Part shown: piece by piece, positions 28,341 through 37,758 of the stretch
How positions within the stretch are numbered: position 1 is the first letter of the stretch
How the letters are laid out: each line of letters begins with the position of its first letter
Assembly (NCBI GenBank): GCA_031411255.1
Contig: JANOAS010000288.1
Coordinates: forward strand, 2,776-66,775
Origin: a bacterium
GTDB taxonomy: Bacteria > Verrucomicrobiota > Verrucomicrobiia > Verrucomicrobiales > V1-33
DNA: 64,000 bases
Direction: 5' to 3'
The notes under the pieces: generated by a model
What the model saw: the letters and a program-made list of their open reading frames with translations, nothing else
Database searches by the model: none
What the model was told of the DNA's origin: nothing
Translations under genes and position numbers: made by a program

Positions 28341-28688
28341 ATGGACGATTTTTTCGACAACTGGACCGTGCAAGTGCGCAAAGGCGTGCTGGAGCTGTGC
28401 ATCCTCAGTGCGCTGCGGGACCAGGAGCGCTACGGCTACGAGCTGGTGAAGACCCTCGTCTCCGTCCCGGGGCTGCAGGTGGCGGAGGGCTCCATGTACC
28501 CGCTGCTCAGCCGGTTGAAGGAGCAGGGTTTTGTCGAGACGCGCCTGGAGGAGTCGCCCGAAGGGCCGGCGCGGAAATACTACAAGCTGACCGAAAAGGG
28601 CCGCACCCAGGTGGCGGCCATGCTGGTCTATTTCCAGGCCCTCGCCGGTGCCGTGGAGCACCTCGGCGGCCCCACTGGTCAAAAATAA
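28341..28688 (+). CDS. PadR family transcriptional regulator
   Basis: QVRKGVLELCIL...YGYEL...EGSMYPLLSRL...GPARKYYKLT. Confidence 0.93.
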   Translation: MDDFFDNWTVQVRKGVLELCILSALRDQERYGYELVKTLVSVPGLQVAEGSMYPLLSRLKEQGFVETRLEESPEGPARKYYKLTEKGRTQVAAMLVYFQALAGAVEHLGGPTGQK

Positions 28689-28718
28689 GCGCCCACCCAC
28701 CCACTTTTCACCACACCC

Positions 28719-31421
28719 ATGAGCGCAGACACCACCCCCGCCCCTTGGTCAGACGCCGCCCGCGCGCGGCTGGAGGAGTTCCTCCGCGACGCCCCCGCAC
28801 AGGCCGGGCTCACCGGCGAGGCCGCCGCAGAACTCTCCGCCGATCTCGACCAGCACATCCATGAGGAGATGAAGCGGGAAAACGTCCCCGTCATTTCCGT
28901 CGCCACCCTGGAGCCCCTGCTCGCCCGCCTCGCCAGTACTCCCGCACCAGCCGCCGAGACCCCGGCACCCGCCAGGAAGCCCGTTCCACCGACTCCGCTT
29001 GAGACGATTCAACGCTCCAAACCCTGGCACCGCTGGCTCTTCCTGCTCGTCGGAGTCATCATTCCCGCCGCCACCATTCTCTTTGAGCTGTTCACCGGAG
29101 CCTGCGGGGCGGATTTCTTCCGGCCCTTCGCCACCCCGGCTCACGCCCTCTTCGCCGCCGTCGTTCCCCTCGCCAATTACCTGGCCTGGCGATTCCTGCG
29201 CAACGGACAGTCCAGGCACCTGCCACGGCTGGCTGCGCTTCTCGGGTTTGCCCTCGTCCCGGCGACCTGGTACGCGCTGCTCCTGGCCCCCATGACTCCC
29301 TTCGCCTTCGTCTTTGTCTTCATCGGGGTCGCCCTTCAGCCGTCCCTGCCATTTCTCGCCATCATGACGCTTGCCCCCCTCATGAGCCTGGTGGCCCGCA
29401 AAGTCGCCCTGGGCAGACTAAACAGGACAAGCGGTCTCGAAAGTGACTCCACCCGGTCCACAGTCCGGCTCTGGCGCAAACGCGGCGTGCTGGCCGGACT
29501 GGCCGTCCTCCTCCTTGCCGAGGGACCCGGCCTCGCCACCCGCGTCGGCCTCTCCTTTTTCCGCTCGGACGACGAGGTCTGGCAGCAGCGCGGCCTCACC
29601 CTCATGCGCACCCTCGGCACGGAGCGCGCCCTGCTCCAGGCCTGCTACGACAATACTTCCCGAAATGCGGCACCCTCCACCGACACCGCCGGTTGGATCT
29701 ACAACTGGACCCGCGGACTGTCTTCGTTTGCCGGCATGGATGGCAATCTAACGACCGGCTTCACCACGCCACCCGAAGCCGCCCGCACCGCCTGGTTCCG
29801 CGTTACCGGCACCGCCTACAACAGCGTGCCGCCACCACGACGCGGCCTCAGTTTTCTCCCGGAAACGCGCGGCCAGGCGGTGCGCGAGGCGGACGACTGG
29901 GCCTTCGATCCCGATGTCGGCAGCGACGCCGTCGCCATGCGCATTCGCGGGCTCGACCTCGCGGAGTCCAGGCTGGACGGGCATCTGGAGCCTGACGCCG
30001 GACTCGGCTACCAGGAGTGGACACTGGTTTTCACGAACGCGACGGCCCTCCCGCGCGAGGCCCGCTGCCAGATCCAGCTGCCCCCGGGCGGCGTCGTGTC
30101 AAAGGTGAACCTCTGGATCGGCGGAGAGCCGCGCGAGGCCGCCTACGCCGCCACCGCCGAGGTGAAGGCCGCCTACCAGAAGGTCGCCGTCGCCCAGCGG
30201 CGGGACCCCGTGCTCGTCACCGCCTGCGGGCCGGACCGTGTCATGGTCCAGTGTTTTCCCATTCCCCCAGGCGGTGGAAAAATGCAGATCCGGCTGGGCA
30301 TGACCGCGCCGCTGGATCACGGGCGCCTCTGGCTTCCCCAGATCGTGGAGCGAAATTTCGGCAGCGCCAGGAGTCTCGAACACAGCCTCTGGATGCAGGG
30401 CCCCGCCCCCTTCACCTGCGCCGCGAATGGCGCCGCATCCTCCCTGCAGAAAGGCCTGCAGGCCCTCTCCGCCACCCTGAAGCCCGCCGATTTCACCAGC
30501 CCGCGCGCCTTCATTTCCTGCGATGCCCCGCCCGCCATCACCGTCTGGACGGAGGATCCTTTCGAGCCTGCGGAAAGAAAAATCCTCATCGGCCATCGCG
30601 ACCCCGCCACCCAGCCGGCAGCCCCCCTCATCTGCGTGCTCGACAGCTCCGCCGCCCTCCGCCCGCACTACGACGCGCTCAAGGCCGCCTTCCACGCAAC
30701 CCAGGGCACCTGGATCCTGGCCGACGACGACGAGGTCAGCACCATCGCCAGCGACTTCCCCCCGGCCTCCACCTTCCGCCGCGGCGCGGAGAATGGCCCC
30801 GCCCTCCAGCGCGCCCTCGACGAGGCCACACGCCACACCGGCAGCGTCATCGTCTGGCTCAACGGCCCCCAGCCCGTGCCCCTGCGCAGCTCCGCCGCCC
30901 TCACCCAGCGGCTGGAAAAAAACCGCGCCCCCGCCCCCATCATCGATGTCCCGCTCAGCGCCGGGTCAAACCGCCTCGTCGAAGCCCTCTTCAAGCTCGG
31001 CGTCATCCAGACCGGCCCCCGCTTCGCCGATCCGCTCAAGGAGCTGCCCCCCTGGCTCGCCAGCCTGACCACGGAGCGCCACGATCCCGCCTGGCGCTGG
31101 GAAACCAAACCCGCCGGCACCCCGGTGGACGGCGGCGTGAAAGTCTCCGACCAGCTCTCCCGCTACCGCGCCTTCCTCGCCAGCCCGCACCAGCCCGCCG
31201 CCGAGGATGCCCGCCACCAGCTCGTCACCGCAAAATCCGGAGCCGTCGTCCTCGAAACCCGCGAGCAGTTCACCGCCAGCGGCCTCACCCCCGTCGATCC
31301 CGCCCTCACCTCCTCCGTCCCCGCCCTGCCCGAGCCCGCCACCGCCACCCTCGCCGCCACCGCCGTCCTCCTCTTCACCCGTCGCAGAAAACGGCCTCTG
31401 GTCTCCTGTCAGCCAAAATGA
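28719..31421 (+). CDS. Multi-TM protein with HAAS-like N-terminus, VIT domain, vWA-like domain and PEP-CTERM tail
   Basis: ELSADLDQHIHE N-terminus; several TM helices; EARCQIQLPPGGVVS...LWIGGE...RRDP (VIT); VLDSS; GAVVLET; LPEP-TM-RRRKR. Confidence 0.82.
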   Translation: MSADTTPAPWSDAARARLEEFLRDAPAQAGLTGEAAAELSADLDQHIHEEMKRENVPVISVATLEPLLARLASTPAPAAETPAPARKPVPPTPLETIQRSKPWHRWLFLLVGVIIPAATILFELFTGACGADFFRPFATPAHALFAAVVPLANYLAWRFLRNGQSRHLPRLAALLGFALVPATWYALLLAPMTPFAFVFVFIGVALQPSLPFLAIMTLAPLMSLVARKVALGRLNRTSGLESDSTRSTVRLWRKRGVLAGLAVLLLAEGPGLATRVGLSFFRSDDEVWQQRGLTLMRTLGTERALLQACYDNTSRNAAPSTDTAGWIYNWTRGLSSFAGMDGNLTTGFTTPPEAARTAWFRVTGTAYNSVPPPRRGLSFLPETRGQAVREADDWAFDPDVGSDAVAMRIRGLDLAESRLDGHLEPDAGLGYQEWTLVFTNATALPREARCQIQLPPGGVVSKVNLWIGGEPREAAYAATAEVKAAYQKVAVAQRRDPVLVTACGPDRVMVQCFPIPPGGGKMQIRLGMTAPLDHGRLWLPQIVERNFGSARSLEHSLWMQGPAPFTCAANGAASSLQKGLQALSATLKPADFTSPRAFISCDAPPAITVWTEDPFEPAERKILIGHRDPATQPAAPLICVLDSSAALRPHYDALKAAFHATQGTWILADDDEVSTIASDFPPASTFRRGAENGPALQRALDEATRHTGSVIVWLNGPQPVPLRSSAALTQRLEKNRAPAPIIDVPLSAGSNRLVEALFKLGVIQTGPRFADPLKELPPWLASLTTERHDPAWRWETKPAGTPVDGGVKVSDQLSRYRAFLASPHQPAAEDARHQLVTAKSGAVVLETREQFTASGLTPVDPALTSSVPALPEPATATLAATAVLLFTRRRKRPLVSCQPK

Positions 31422-31822
31422 AACTGCTCGCCCTCAGCCTCCTCGCCTGCGTGGCCGCCCTGCTCGCCATCTATCTTCCGGGCATCCTCTCCACCCGCAC
31501 CCTCGCCGACATCACCGGTCCGGATGGCACCCGCTTCACCGTCGAGCAGAGCTTCAACTACGACCCGGAACTCTTCACCACCCGCTGCTTTTCCTACTCC
31601 CCCGACGGCACCCAGCGCTGCTGGTACTACTACGATCACGAGGACGACTACTGGGGCGAATCCGCCACCACCACCGCCGTCGACCCCGCCAGGAAACTCC
31701 TCATCGTCTACCGCCACGGCCAGGAGGCCGTCACCTTCAACTACCAGACCCGCACCTGCCACCTCGTCCTCCGCTTGGGCTGGTTCACGCAGGAAGAGTT
31801 CAAGCCCAGGCCCCCTGGCTGA
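31418..31822 (+). CDS. Hypothetical exported protein
   Basis: ATGA overlap with the upstream gene; hydrophobic N-terminus MKLLALSLLACVAALL. Confidence 0.6.
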   Translation: MKLLALSLLACVAALLAIYLPGILSTRTLADITGPDGTRFTVEQSFNYDPELFTTRCFSYSPDGTQRCWYYYDHEDDYWGESATTTAVDPARKLLIVYRHGQEAVTFNYQTRTCHLVLRLGWFTQEEFKPRPPG

Positions 31823-31909
31823 GCAGGGAAAATTGCTTGAATAGAAGCCTTGCCACAAACACCAGGATTTCCTACGACAGCGGGAGCATCCTGCGTTCTC
31901 CCGCGAAAT

Positions 31910-33289
31910 ATGAAAACACCCCTCATCCTGGCCCTTCTCGCCTCCTCCCTCACCTCCGCCGTGGCGGGGGGCATTTACTGGACTGACCGCTCGGGCGCTT
32001 CCGGGGCCCGGAGCGTGAGACGGGCCGGGCTGGATGGTTCATCGCCCGCCGCCATCGCCGGGCTCACCACCCGGACCGACCCGCGCGGCATCGTCGTTGA
32101 CCGCGCGGGGGGAAAAATCCACTTCGCAGACAACACGAACCTTCACTCTGTGGCGTACAATTTTTCCACCCAGACCGCCGGCACGGTCACCACCCTGCTG
32201 ACCACCACCGGGACCCTGCGGGACCTGTGGCATGACCGGAGGGACAACTGGCTCTACTACGCCAACCAGGCCGGCGGCACGGTCAGCCGCGTCGCCCTCC
32301 CCGGCGCAGTCAACGACGGCGCGTCCTCCTTCTTCCCCAAGGTCGTGCCGGACGCCTACTACATCGGCCTCTACCGCTACACGAGCGGGGGCGGCACCAG
32401 CGAACTGGGCATGGTCTGTGGAAACAGCGACACCACACTTTCCCACATCGGGGCCATGACCAGCTCCTTGTTGACTGCGAATTTCCTCACCGGCAGACCT
32501 GCGGGAACCAACGTGCGCGGCGTCCAGGTCGATCCCGCAGGCCGGTTTGTTTACTGGTGCGAAAAGGACACCAAACAGATCCTCCGCGCACCGTTTCCAA
32601 ACCCCGGCGCCAACGCCCTCGGCACCCCGCTCCAGGTGCTCTACTCCGGCCTGAACGCTCCGCATGGCCTGCGGCTGGATCTGCCCCGCCGCAGGCTCTA
32701 CTGGGTGGACAGCGGCACGAACACCGGCGGAGGCTTCGGCCAGGGCGGCGTGAACCGGGGCGACCTCGACGGCTCCAGCGCGGCCGAGTCGCTCGTGGTC
32801 ATGAATGCCGGCTCCGGCCAGCCCTGGGACCTCGACCTCGACACCCGCACCGACACCTTTGCCGAATGGCAGGCGCTGAATTTCCGCAAGGACGCCACCG
32901 CCGCCACGAAGGCCGCCACCGGCGACCCGGACGCCGACGGACTGGACAACACGCTCGAGTTCGCCCTCGGCACCGACCCGCGGCTGGCGAATCCCGCACC
33001 CGTCACCGCCGGGCTCTGGGTGGACCCGGCGGCGAACCCCACCGGCGGCGGCACCTACCCGACCATCACCTTCACCCGCCGCACCGGCGTCGCGGGCCTC
33101 ACCCACACCGTGCAGGTCACGGATGACCTGGCCACCTGGCAGTCAAACGCCACCAAACCCGGCACCACCGCGGAAATCGGCTCCCCGGTTTCTGGCGAAG
33201 ATGGCGTGGAGACCGTCACCGTCCGCTCCCTCACCCCGGTCAGCAGCGGAAAACGGCAGAGCCTGCGCGTGAAGGTCGGCGTGCCATAG
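31910..33289 (+). CDS. Secreted YWTD (LDL-receptor class B-like) beta-propeller protein with a verrucomicrobial-type C-terminal domain
   Basis: IYWTD, LYYAN, VYWCE and LYWVD repeats preceded by PRGI/PHGL; DPDADGLDN..EFALGTDP; VQVTDDLATW...LRVKV end. Confidence 0.78.
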   Translation: MKTPLILALLASSLTSAVAGGIYWTDRSGASGARSVRRAGLDGSSPAAIAGLTTRTDPRGIVVDRAGGKIHFADNTNLHSVAYNFSTQTAGTVTTLLTTTGTLRDLWHDRRDNWLYYANQAGGTVSRVALPGAVNDGASSFFPKVVPDAYYIGLYRYTSGGGTSELGMVCGNSDTTLSHIGAMTSSLLTANFLTGRPAGTNVRGVQVDPAGRFVYWCEKDTKQILRAPFPNPGANALGTPLQVLYSGLNAPHGLRLDLPRRRLYWVDSGTNTGGGFGQGGVNRGDLDGSSAAESLVVMNAGSGQPWDLDLDTRTDTFAEWQALNFRKDATAATKAATGDPDADGLDNTLEFALGTDPRLANPAPVTAGLWVDPAANPTGGGTYPTITFTRRTGVAGLTHTVQVTDDLATWQSNATKPGTTAEIGSPVSGEDGVETVTVRSLTPVSSGKRQSLRVKVGVP

Positions 33290-33479
33290 GTCCCCTGGAT
33301 TGCCCTGAAAACGCAGGGGGGGAGAAATCCGTTGCGCAGAGCAACTCGGAGACAGCGCGCCAGGCACCGTTGTTCCGTTTCCTTGAGATCCCAATAAATC
33401 CCACCCTCAGCCCTCCTCCATCGACTCAATCAAACTCTAAGACCAGCTCAGCAGCAGTGGGCGAGGGCATGAAAGAACC

Positions 33480-33941
33480 TCAGCGATGCATCATCTGCCT
33501 CGTCATAAAAATCAGCAAAGCCACCGTCCCGAGCACGCCCACGACAAGCCCGAAAATCGCGCGGCCCATGCCGTGCTTCGGATTGGCGGTGCCGGCGCTT
33601 TTCTTGATGTCCCTGACGGCCAAAATCCCCGTGATGAGCGCCAGCGGAGTTGGCACGACGAGCAGGCCGAAGAGGCCGAGGTATCCCGCAGCGATGGCCC
33701 AGCCGGAGCGGCCCACCGGCAGGAGCATCCGCATGCCCAGGTCGTCGCCCAGTTTCCGGGCGGGCATGGGTGGTGGTGCCTGGGAATTTCCCTGCAGGAG
33801 TGTGTGCAGCGGCTGCCAGCCCGCCATGCCCTCGCGCCACGCCAGGTCATCAGGAGCGAACTTCTGGTCGCAAATTCCATTGAGCACCTCCAGCTGGTTG
33901 AATGGACCGTTCTGCTGGCCGTCTTTTTGAATGTAGATCAT
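33480..33941 (-). CDS. GYF_2 (DUF4339) plus DUF4190-like membrane protein
   Basis: DGQQNGPF...LAWREGMAGWQPL followed by TM helices and GMGRAIFG. Confidence 0.82.
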   Translation of the reverse strand: MIYIQKDGQQNGPFNQLEVLNGICDQKFAPDDLAWREGMAGWQPLHTLLQGNSQAPPPMPARKLGDDLGMRMLLPVGRSGWAIAAGYLGLFGLLVVPTPLALITGILAVRDIKKSAGTANPKHGMGRAIFGLVVGVLGTVALLIFMTRQMMHR

Positions 33942-34090
33942 AGAGAGAATTCTCCATCAATCGCCAGCACCGTGAGGCAAGTCAACCGCCTCCTTTTTCC
34001 GCAAAGGCCGGACTGGCCGAAAAAACGGGCGCCGTTTTGCCCTGAATTCCGTTTGCCCGGCTGCGCCCGCTTGGCATTGGTAGGACGCTC

Positions 34091-34753
34091 ATGCTTCCGC
34101 CCGACCCTTCATTTCCTGCGACTGCGCTGGTCGTCGCCCTCCTCTCCTACGTGGTGGGGGCCACGCCGTTTGGCTGGCTGGCGGGGAAATGGAAAGGCAT
34201 CGACATCCGGGAGCACGGCAGCCGGAACATCGGAGCCACGAACGTCATTCGAGTGCTGGGCAAGGGCGTGGGCATCCCCGTTTTCATCCTGGACATGCTG
34301 AAGGGCCTCGTCCCCGTCCTCCTCGCCACGCGCTGGGGCTGGGGGCACCCGGAACTTGGTGCGACGGGCAGTCAGCTGCTGCCGGTCATCGCGGGGCTCT
34401 CGGCGGTGCTGGGGCACAATTTCACCTTCTGGCTCCGGTTTAAAGGAGGGAAGGGAGTGGCCACCTCCGCCGGCATCATGCTCGGGCTGGCCCCCTTCGC
34501 GCTGCTCATCTGCCTGGCCGTGTGGCTCGCCGTTTTCCGCATCTGGCGGTATGTGGCGCTGGCGTCCATCGTGGCCGGGGTGGTGCTGCCGCTGGCCGTG
34601 GCCGGCTTGGGCGTGTGGCGCGGGGTGTGGAATACGCCGCTCTTTGTCCTGGCCCTGCTGACCGGGGTGCTCGCCGTGGTGAGGCACCGGTCAAATATTC
34701 AAAGGCTCCTGGCCGGGACGGAAAACAAGTTTGAACGGAGGAAAAAAGCATGA
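34091..34753 (+). CDS. plsY: Glycerol-3-phosphate acyltransferase PlsY
   Basis: GSRNIGATN; DMLKG; GHNF...FKGGKGVAT; HRSNIQRL. Confidence 0.96.
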   Translation: MLPPDPSFPATALVVALLSYVVGATPFGWLAGKWKGIDIREHGSRNIGATNVIRVLGKGVGIPVFILDMLKGLVPVLLATRWGWGHPELGATGSQLLPVIAGLSAVLGHNFTFWLRFKGGKGVATSAGIMLGLAPFALLICLAVWLAVFRIWRYVALASIVAGVVLPLAVAGLGVWRGVWNTPLFVLALLTGVLAVVRHRSNIQRLLAGTENKFERRKKA

Positions 34754-35742
34754 AGCGGGTGGGTGTGCTGGGTGCGGGAAGCTGGGGCACGGCCCTGTCG
34801 CTGCTGGCGGCGGAGAAATCCGAATCCGTCGTGCTGCACGGCCGCGATGCCGCAGCGGCGGCCGCCCTGGAGCAGACGCGGGAAAACACGCGCTACCTGC
34901 CCGGCGTGCGCCTGCCCGCGAACGTGCGCGTCACCTCCACCCTGGCCGACCTGCGGGAGTGCGATGCGGTGCTCCTCGTCGTCCCGTCCAAGGCCATGCG
35001 CGACAACGCCGCCGCCCTGCGCGAAGTGCTGCGCCCCGGCGTGCCGGTCATCACGTGCTCAAAGGGCATCGAGCGGGAAACCGGCCTGCGCATGTCCCAG
35101 ATCGTCCAGGAGGCCATGCCTGGTCATGCCGTGGGCGTGCTCTCCGGCCCAAACCACGCGGAGGAGGTGGGCCGCCGCCAGCCCACGGCGGCCGTCATCG
35201 GCGCGGAGGACCACGACGTGGCCGTGCGGCTTCAGGAAATTTTGAACACCAACTGGTTTCGCGCCTACACCAGCGCAGACGTGGCCGGCATCGAGTGGGC
35301 CGGAGCGGCGAAAAACGTCTTCGCCCTGGCCGCAGGCATCGCCGACGGGCTGAAGGTGGGCGACAACGCCAAGGCAGCCCTCCTGACCCGCGGGCTGGCC
35401 GAGATGATCCGCCTCGGCACCGCCATGGGCGGACGGCCGGAGACCTTCCAGGGCCTCAGCGGCGTGGGCGACCTCATGGCCACCTGCTACAGCGACCACA
35501 GCCGGAACCAGCGCGTGGGCTCCAGGCTCGGCCAGGGGCAGAAACTGGCCGAAGTCGTCGCCTCCATGAACATGGTCGCCGAGGGCGTGCCCAACACGGA
35601 AAGCATCTACCTGGCCGCCCGCAAGGCCGGCGTGCGCACCCCCATCATCGACACCGTCTACGCGATCCTCTACGCCGACAAGCCCTGCGCCCTCGGCATG
35701 AAGGAGCTTCTCTCCCGCGACCCCCGCCCGGAGGCGGATTGA
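34750..35742 (+). CDS. gpsA: NAD(P)H-dependent glycerol-3-phosphate dehydrogenase
   Basis: GAGSWGTAL; KGIE; SGPNHA; KNVFA; GLSGVGDL; SRN. Confidence 0.96.
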   Translation: MKRVGVLGAGSWGTALSLLAAEKSESVVLHGRDAAAAAALEQTRENTRYLPGVRLPANVRVTSTLADLRECDAVLLVVPSKAMRDNAAALREVLRPGVPVITCSKGIERETGLRMSQIVQEAMPGHAVGVLSGPNHAEEVGRRQPTAAVIGAEDHDVAVRLQEILNTNWFRAYTSADVAGIEWAGAAKNVFALAAGIADGLKVGDNAKAALLTRGLAEMIRLGTAMGGRPETFQGLSGVGDLMATCYSDHSRNQRVGSRLGQGQKLAEVVASMNMVAEGVPNTESIYLAARKAGVRTPIIDTVYAILYADKPCALGMKELLSRDPRPEAD

Positions 35743-35743
35743 T

Positions 35744-35771
35744 TTCGCATTCCGCATTCCGCATTCCCGAT
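35744..35771. repeat. Short tandem heptamer repeat (TCCGCAT-like x4)
   Basis: TTCGCAT TCCGCAT TCCGCAT TCCCGAT just after the gpsA stop codon. Confidence 0.7.
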
Positions 35772-35845
35772 TCCCCGTTTGCGCCGACCACCACGACGGG
35801 TAGAGTCCCCGCCTTTCCGCCGGACACGACCCCGGCCCCATCCTC

Positions 35846-36475
35846 ATGAGCCAGTATAAAGAACGCTACAAAACTTTCCTCGTCTTCGGTGCGCCGGGCA
35901 GTGGCAAGGGCACCCAGGGCAAGGCCATGGGCGCCATCCCCCGCTTTTTCCACCAGGCCTGCGGCGATGTCTTCCGCAGCCTCGACACGCGCACCCCTCT
36001 GGGTCAGGAGTTCATCAAGTACTCCAGCCAGGCCATGCTCGTCCCGGACGAACTCACCGTGCAGCTTTGGAAGGCGCAGATCGACGACGAGGTGCGCACC
36101 CACCGGTTCAAGCCGGACATCGATTTTCTGGTGCTCGACGGCATCCCGCGGAACTTCCGCCAGGCCGAGCTGATGGAGGAGCACATCGAGGTGCTGCAAG
36201 TCTTCCACCTTTCCTGCCCGGACCGCACCGAGCTGCGCCGCCGCCTGCGCAAGCGCGCGCTCAAGGACAACCGCTTTGACGACGCCAGCGACGAGGTCAT
36301 CAACCGCCGCATCCAGACCTACGAAAACGAGAGCAAGCCGATGCTCTCCTTTTACAACAAGCACCTCATCATGGACCTCGACGCGACCAAGCCGCCCGTG
36401 CAGGTCATGTCCGACATCCTGAACCGGATCACGAACCGTCCCGACTGGATGGAGCACATCGTGGAGGTGCCGTGA
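35846..36475 (+). CDS. adk: Adenylate/nucleoside monophosphate kinase (short-LID type)
   Basis: GAPGSGKGTQ; GDVFR; LVPDE; LDGIPR; R.DD; RIQTY. Confidence 0.8.
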   Translation: MSQYKERYKTFLVFGAPGSGKGTQGKAMGAIPRFFHQACGDVFRSLDTRTPLGQEFIKYSSQAMLVPDELTVQLWKAQIDDEVRTHRFKPDIDFLVLDGIPRNFRQAELMEEHIEVLQVFHLSCPDRTELRRRLRKRALKDNRFDDASDEVINRRIQTYENESKPMLSFYNKHLIMDLDATKPPVQVMSDILNRITNRPDWMEHIVEVP

Positions 36476-37431
36476 GCGCCCCGGGCGGAGAAAAACTGCG
36501 CGTCGTCTTCATGGGCAGCGGGGAAATCGCCCTGCCCGTGTTGAACTGGCTGCTCACCGCCCCCGGCGTCAGCCTGGAGGCCGTCATCTGCCAGCCAGAC
36601 AAACCCGCCGGCCGGAAAAACATCCTCACCCCGCCCCCGACGAAGGACCCCGCCGTGGCCGCCGGCATCCCCGTCTGGCAGCCGGAGCGGCTGAAGGGGT
36701 CCGACGCCGTGGCCGCCCTGCAGCAGCTGGCTCCGGACGTGCTCGTCGTCATGGCCTACGGCCAGATCCTCCCCCGCGCCGTCCGCCAGGCCGGGCGGCT
36801 GGCCTGCATCAATCTCCACGCCTCCCTCCTCCCCCGCTGGCGCGGCGCCTCGCCCATTCAGGCCGTCATCGCCGCTGGCGAGGCTGAGTCCGGCATCACC
36901 GTCATGCACGTCGCCGCCGGGCTGGACACCGGGGACATCATCCTGGAGGAAAAACTCACCCTCGCCCCGGACGAAACCGGCCAGTCCCTCCACGACCGCC
37001 TGGCCGCGCTGGCCCCCGCCGCCCTGACCAAAGCCCTGCCCCTCCTCGCCGCCGGCACCGCCCCGCGCACCCCGCAGGACACGACCCGCTCGACCCACTG
37101 TGGCAAGCTCGACCGCTCCCACGGCCGGCTCGACTGGTCCCGCCCCGCCATCGAGCTGGAGCGTCAGATCCGCGCCTTTGACCCGTGGCCCGGCACCTCC
37201 CTCACTCTCCCTGACGGAAAAACCCTCAAGGTTTTCCCGCCCGCCGCCGCAGAGCCCGGCACGGACGCCCCACCCGGCACCGTGCTCGAATCCGGCAAAG
37301 CCGGCCTCCTCATTTCCACCGCCACCGGCGCGCTCCGCATCACGGAGGTCCAACCCGAAGGCCGCCGCCGCATGACCGTGGCCGAGTTCCTGGCTGGAAA
37401 TGCGCTGCTGCCGGGGCAGGTGTGCTGTTAA
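36472..37431 (+). CDS. fmt: Methionyl-tRNA formyltransferase
   Basis: VFMGS; QPDKPAGR; AYGQIL; NLHASLLPRWRGASPI; LDTGDI. Confidence 0.96.
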   Translation: MSAPGGEKLRVVFMGSGEIALPVLNWLLTAPGVSLEAVICQPDKPAGRKNILTPPPTKDPAVAAGIPVWQPERLKGSDAVAALQQLAPDVLVVMAYGQILPRAVRQAGRLACINLHASLLPRWRGASPIQAVIAAGEAESGITVMHVAAGLDTGDIILEEKLTLAPDETGQSLHDRLAALAPAALTKALPLLAAGTAPRTPQDTTRSTHCGKLDRSHGRLDWSRPAIELERQIRAFDPWPGTSLTLPDGKTLKVFPPAAAEPGTDAPPGTVLESGKAGLLISTATGALRITEVQPEGRRRMTVAEFLAGNALLPGQVCC

Positions 37432-37589
37432 GCCGGGACGGGACGCAGTGCAGCCGACGGCAGAATTCCAGAATGGGGCTCGTCTGGATGCCTGGCGAAT
37501 CCTCGTACCAAGCCGGAACCCGACTGATACCAATTCGAAGATCAATTGGGTAAAACACGGGGGACACGCGCTGCCTCAGGTTCTGATTT

Positions 37590-37687
37590 CAACGCCATAG
37601 GCGTTGTGGCCTCCAGCCCAGGGTTGCCTGAGGTCACGAAGGCTGCCCTGGGAAACCGGCGCAAGCCCGGGAACCGCATCGCGGTTC
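37590..37687. repeat. REP-like triple-hairpin element
   Basis: CAACGCC-ATA-GGCGTTG; CCCAGGGTTGCC...GGCTGCCCTGGG; GAACCGC-ATC-GCGGTTC. Confidence 0.65.
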
Positions 37688-37758
37688 AGGCCCCCAAAAC
37701 GAAGGCCACCTATTTACACCCTGCCTGCGGGGAGGGCATGGAACCGACGCCGTACCAC

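Noticed and set aside
30017-31822. 601-aa ORF
   Set aside because: Only the last 134 aa (from ATG 31418) look protein-like; the rest is an Arg/Pro-rich alternate frame of the VIT gene.
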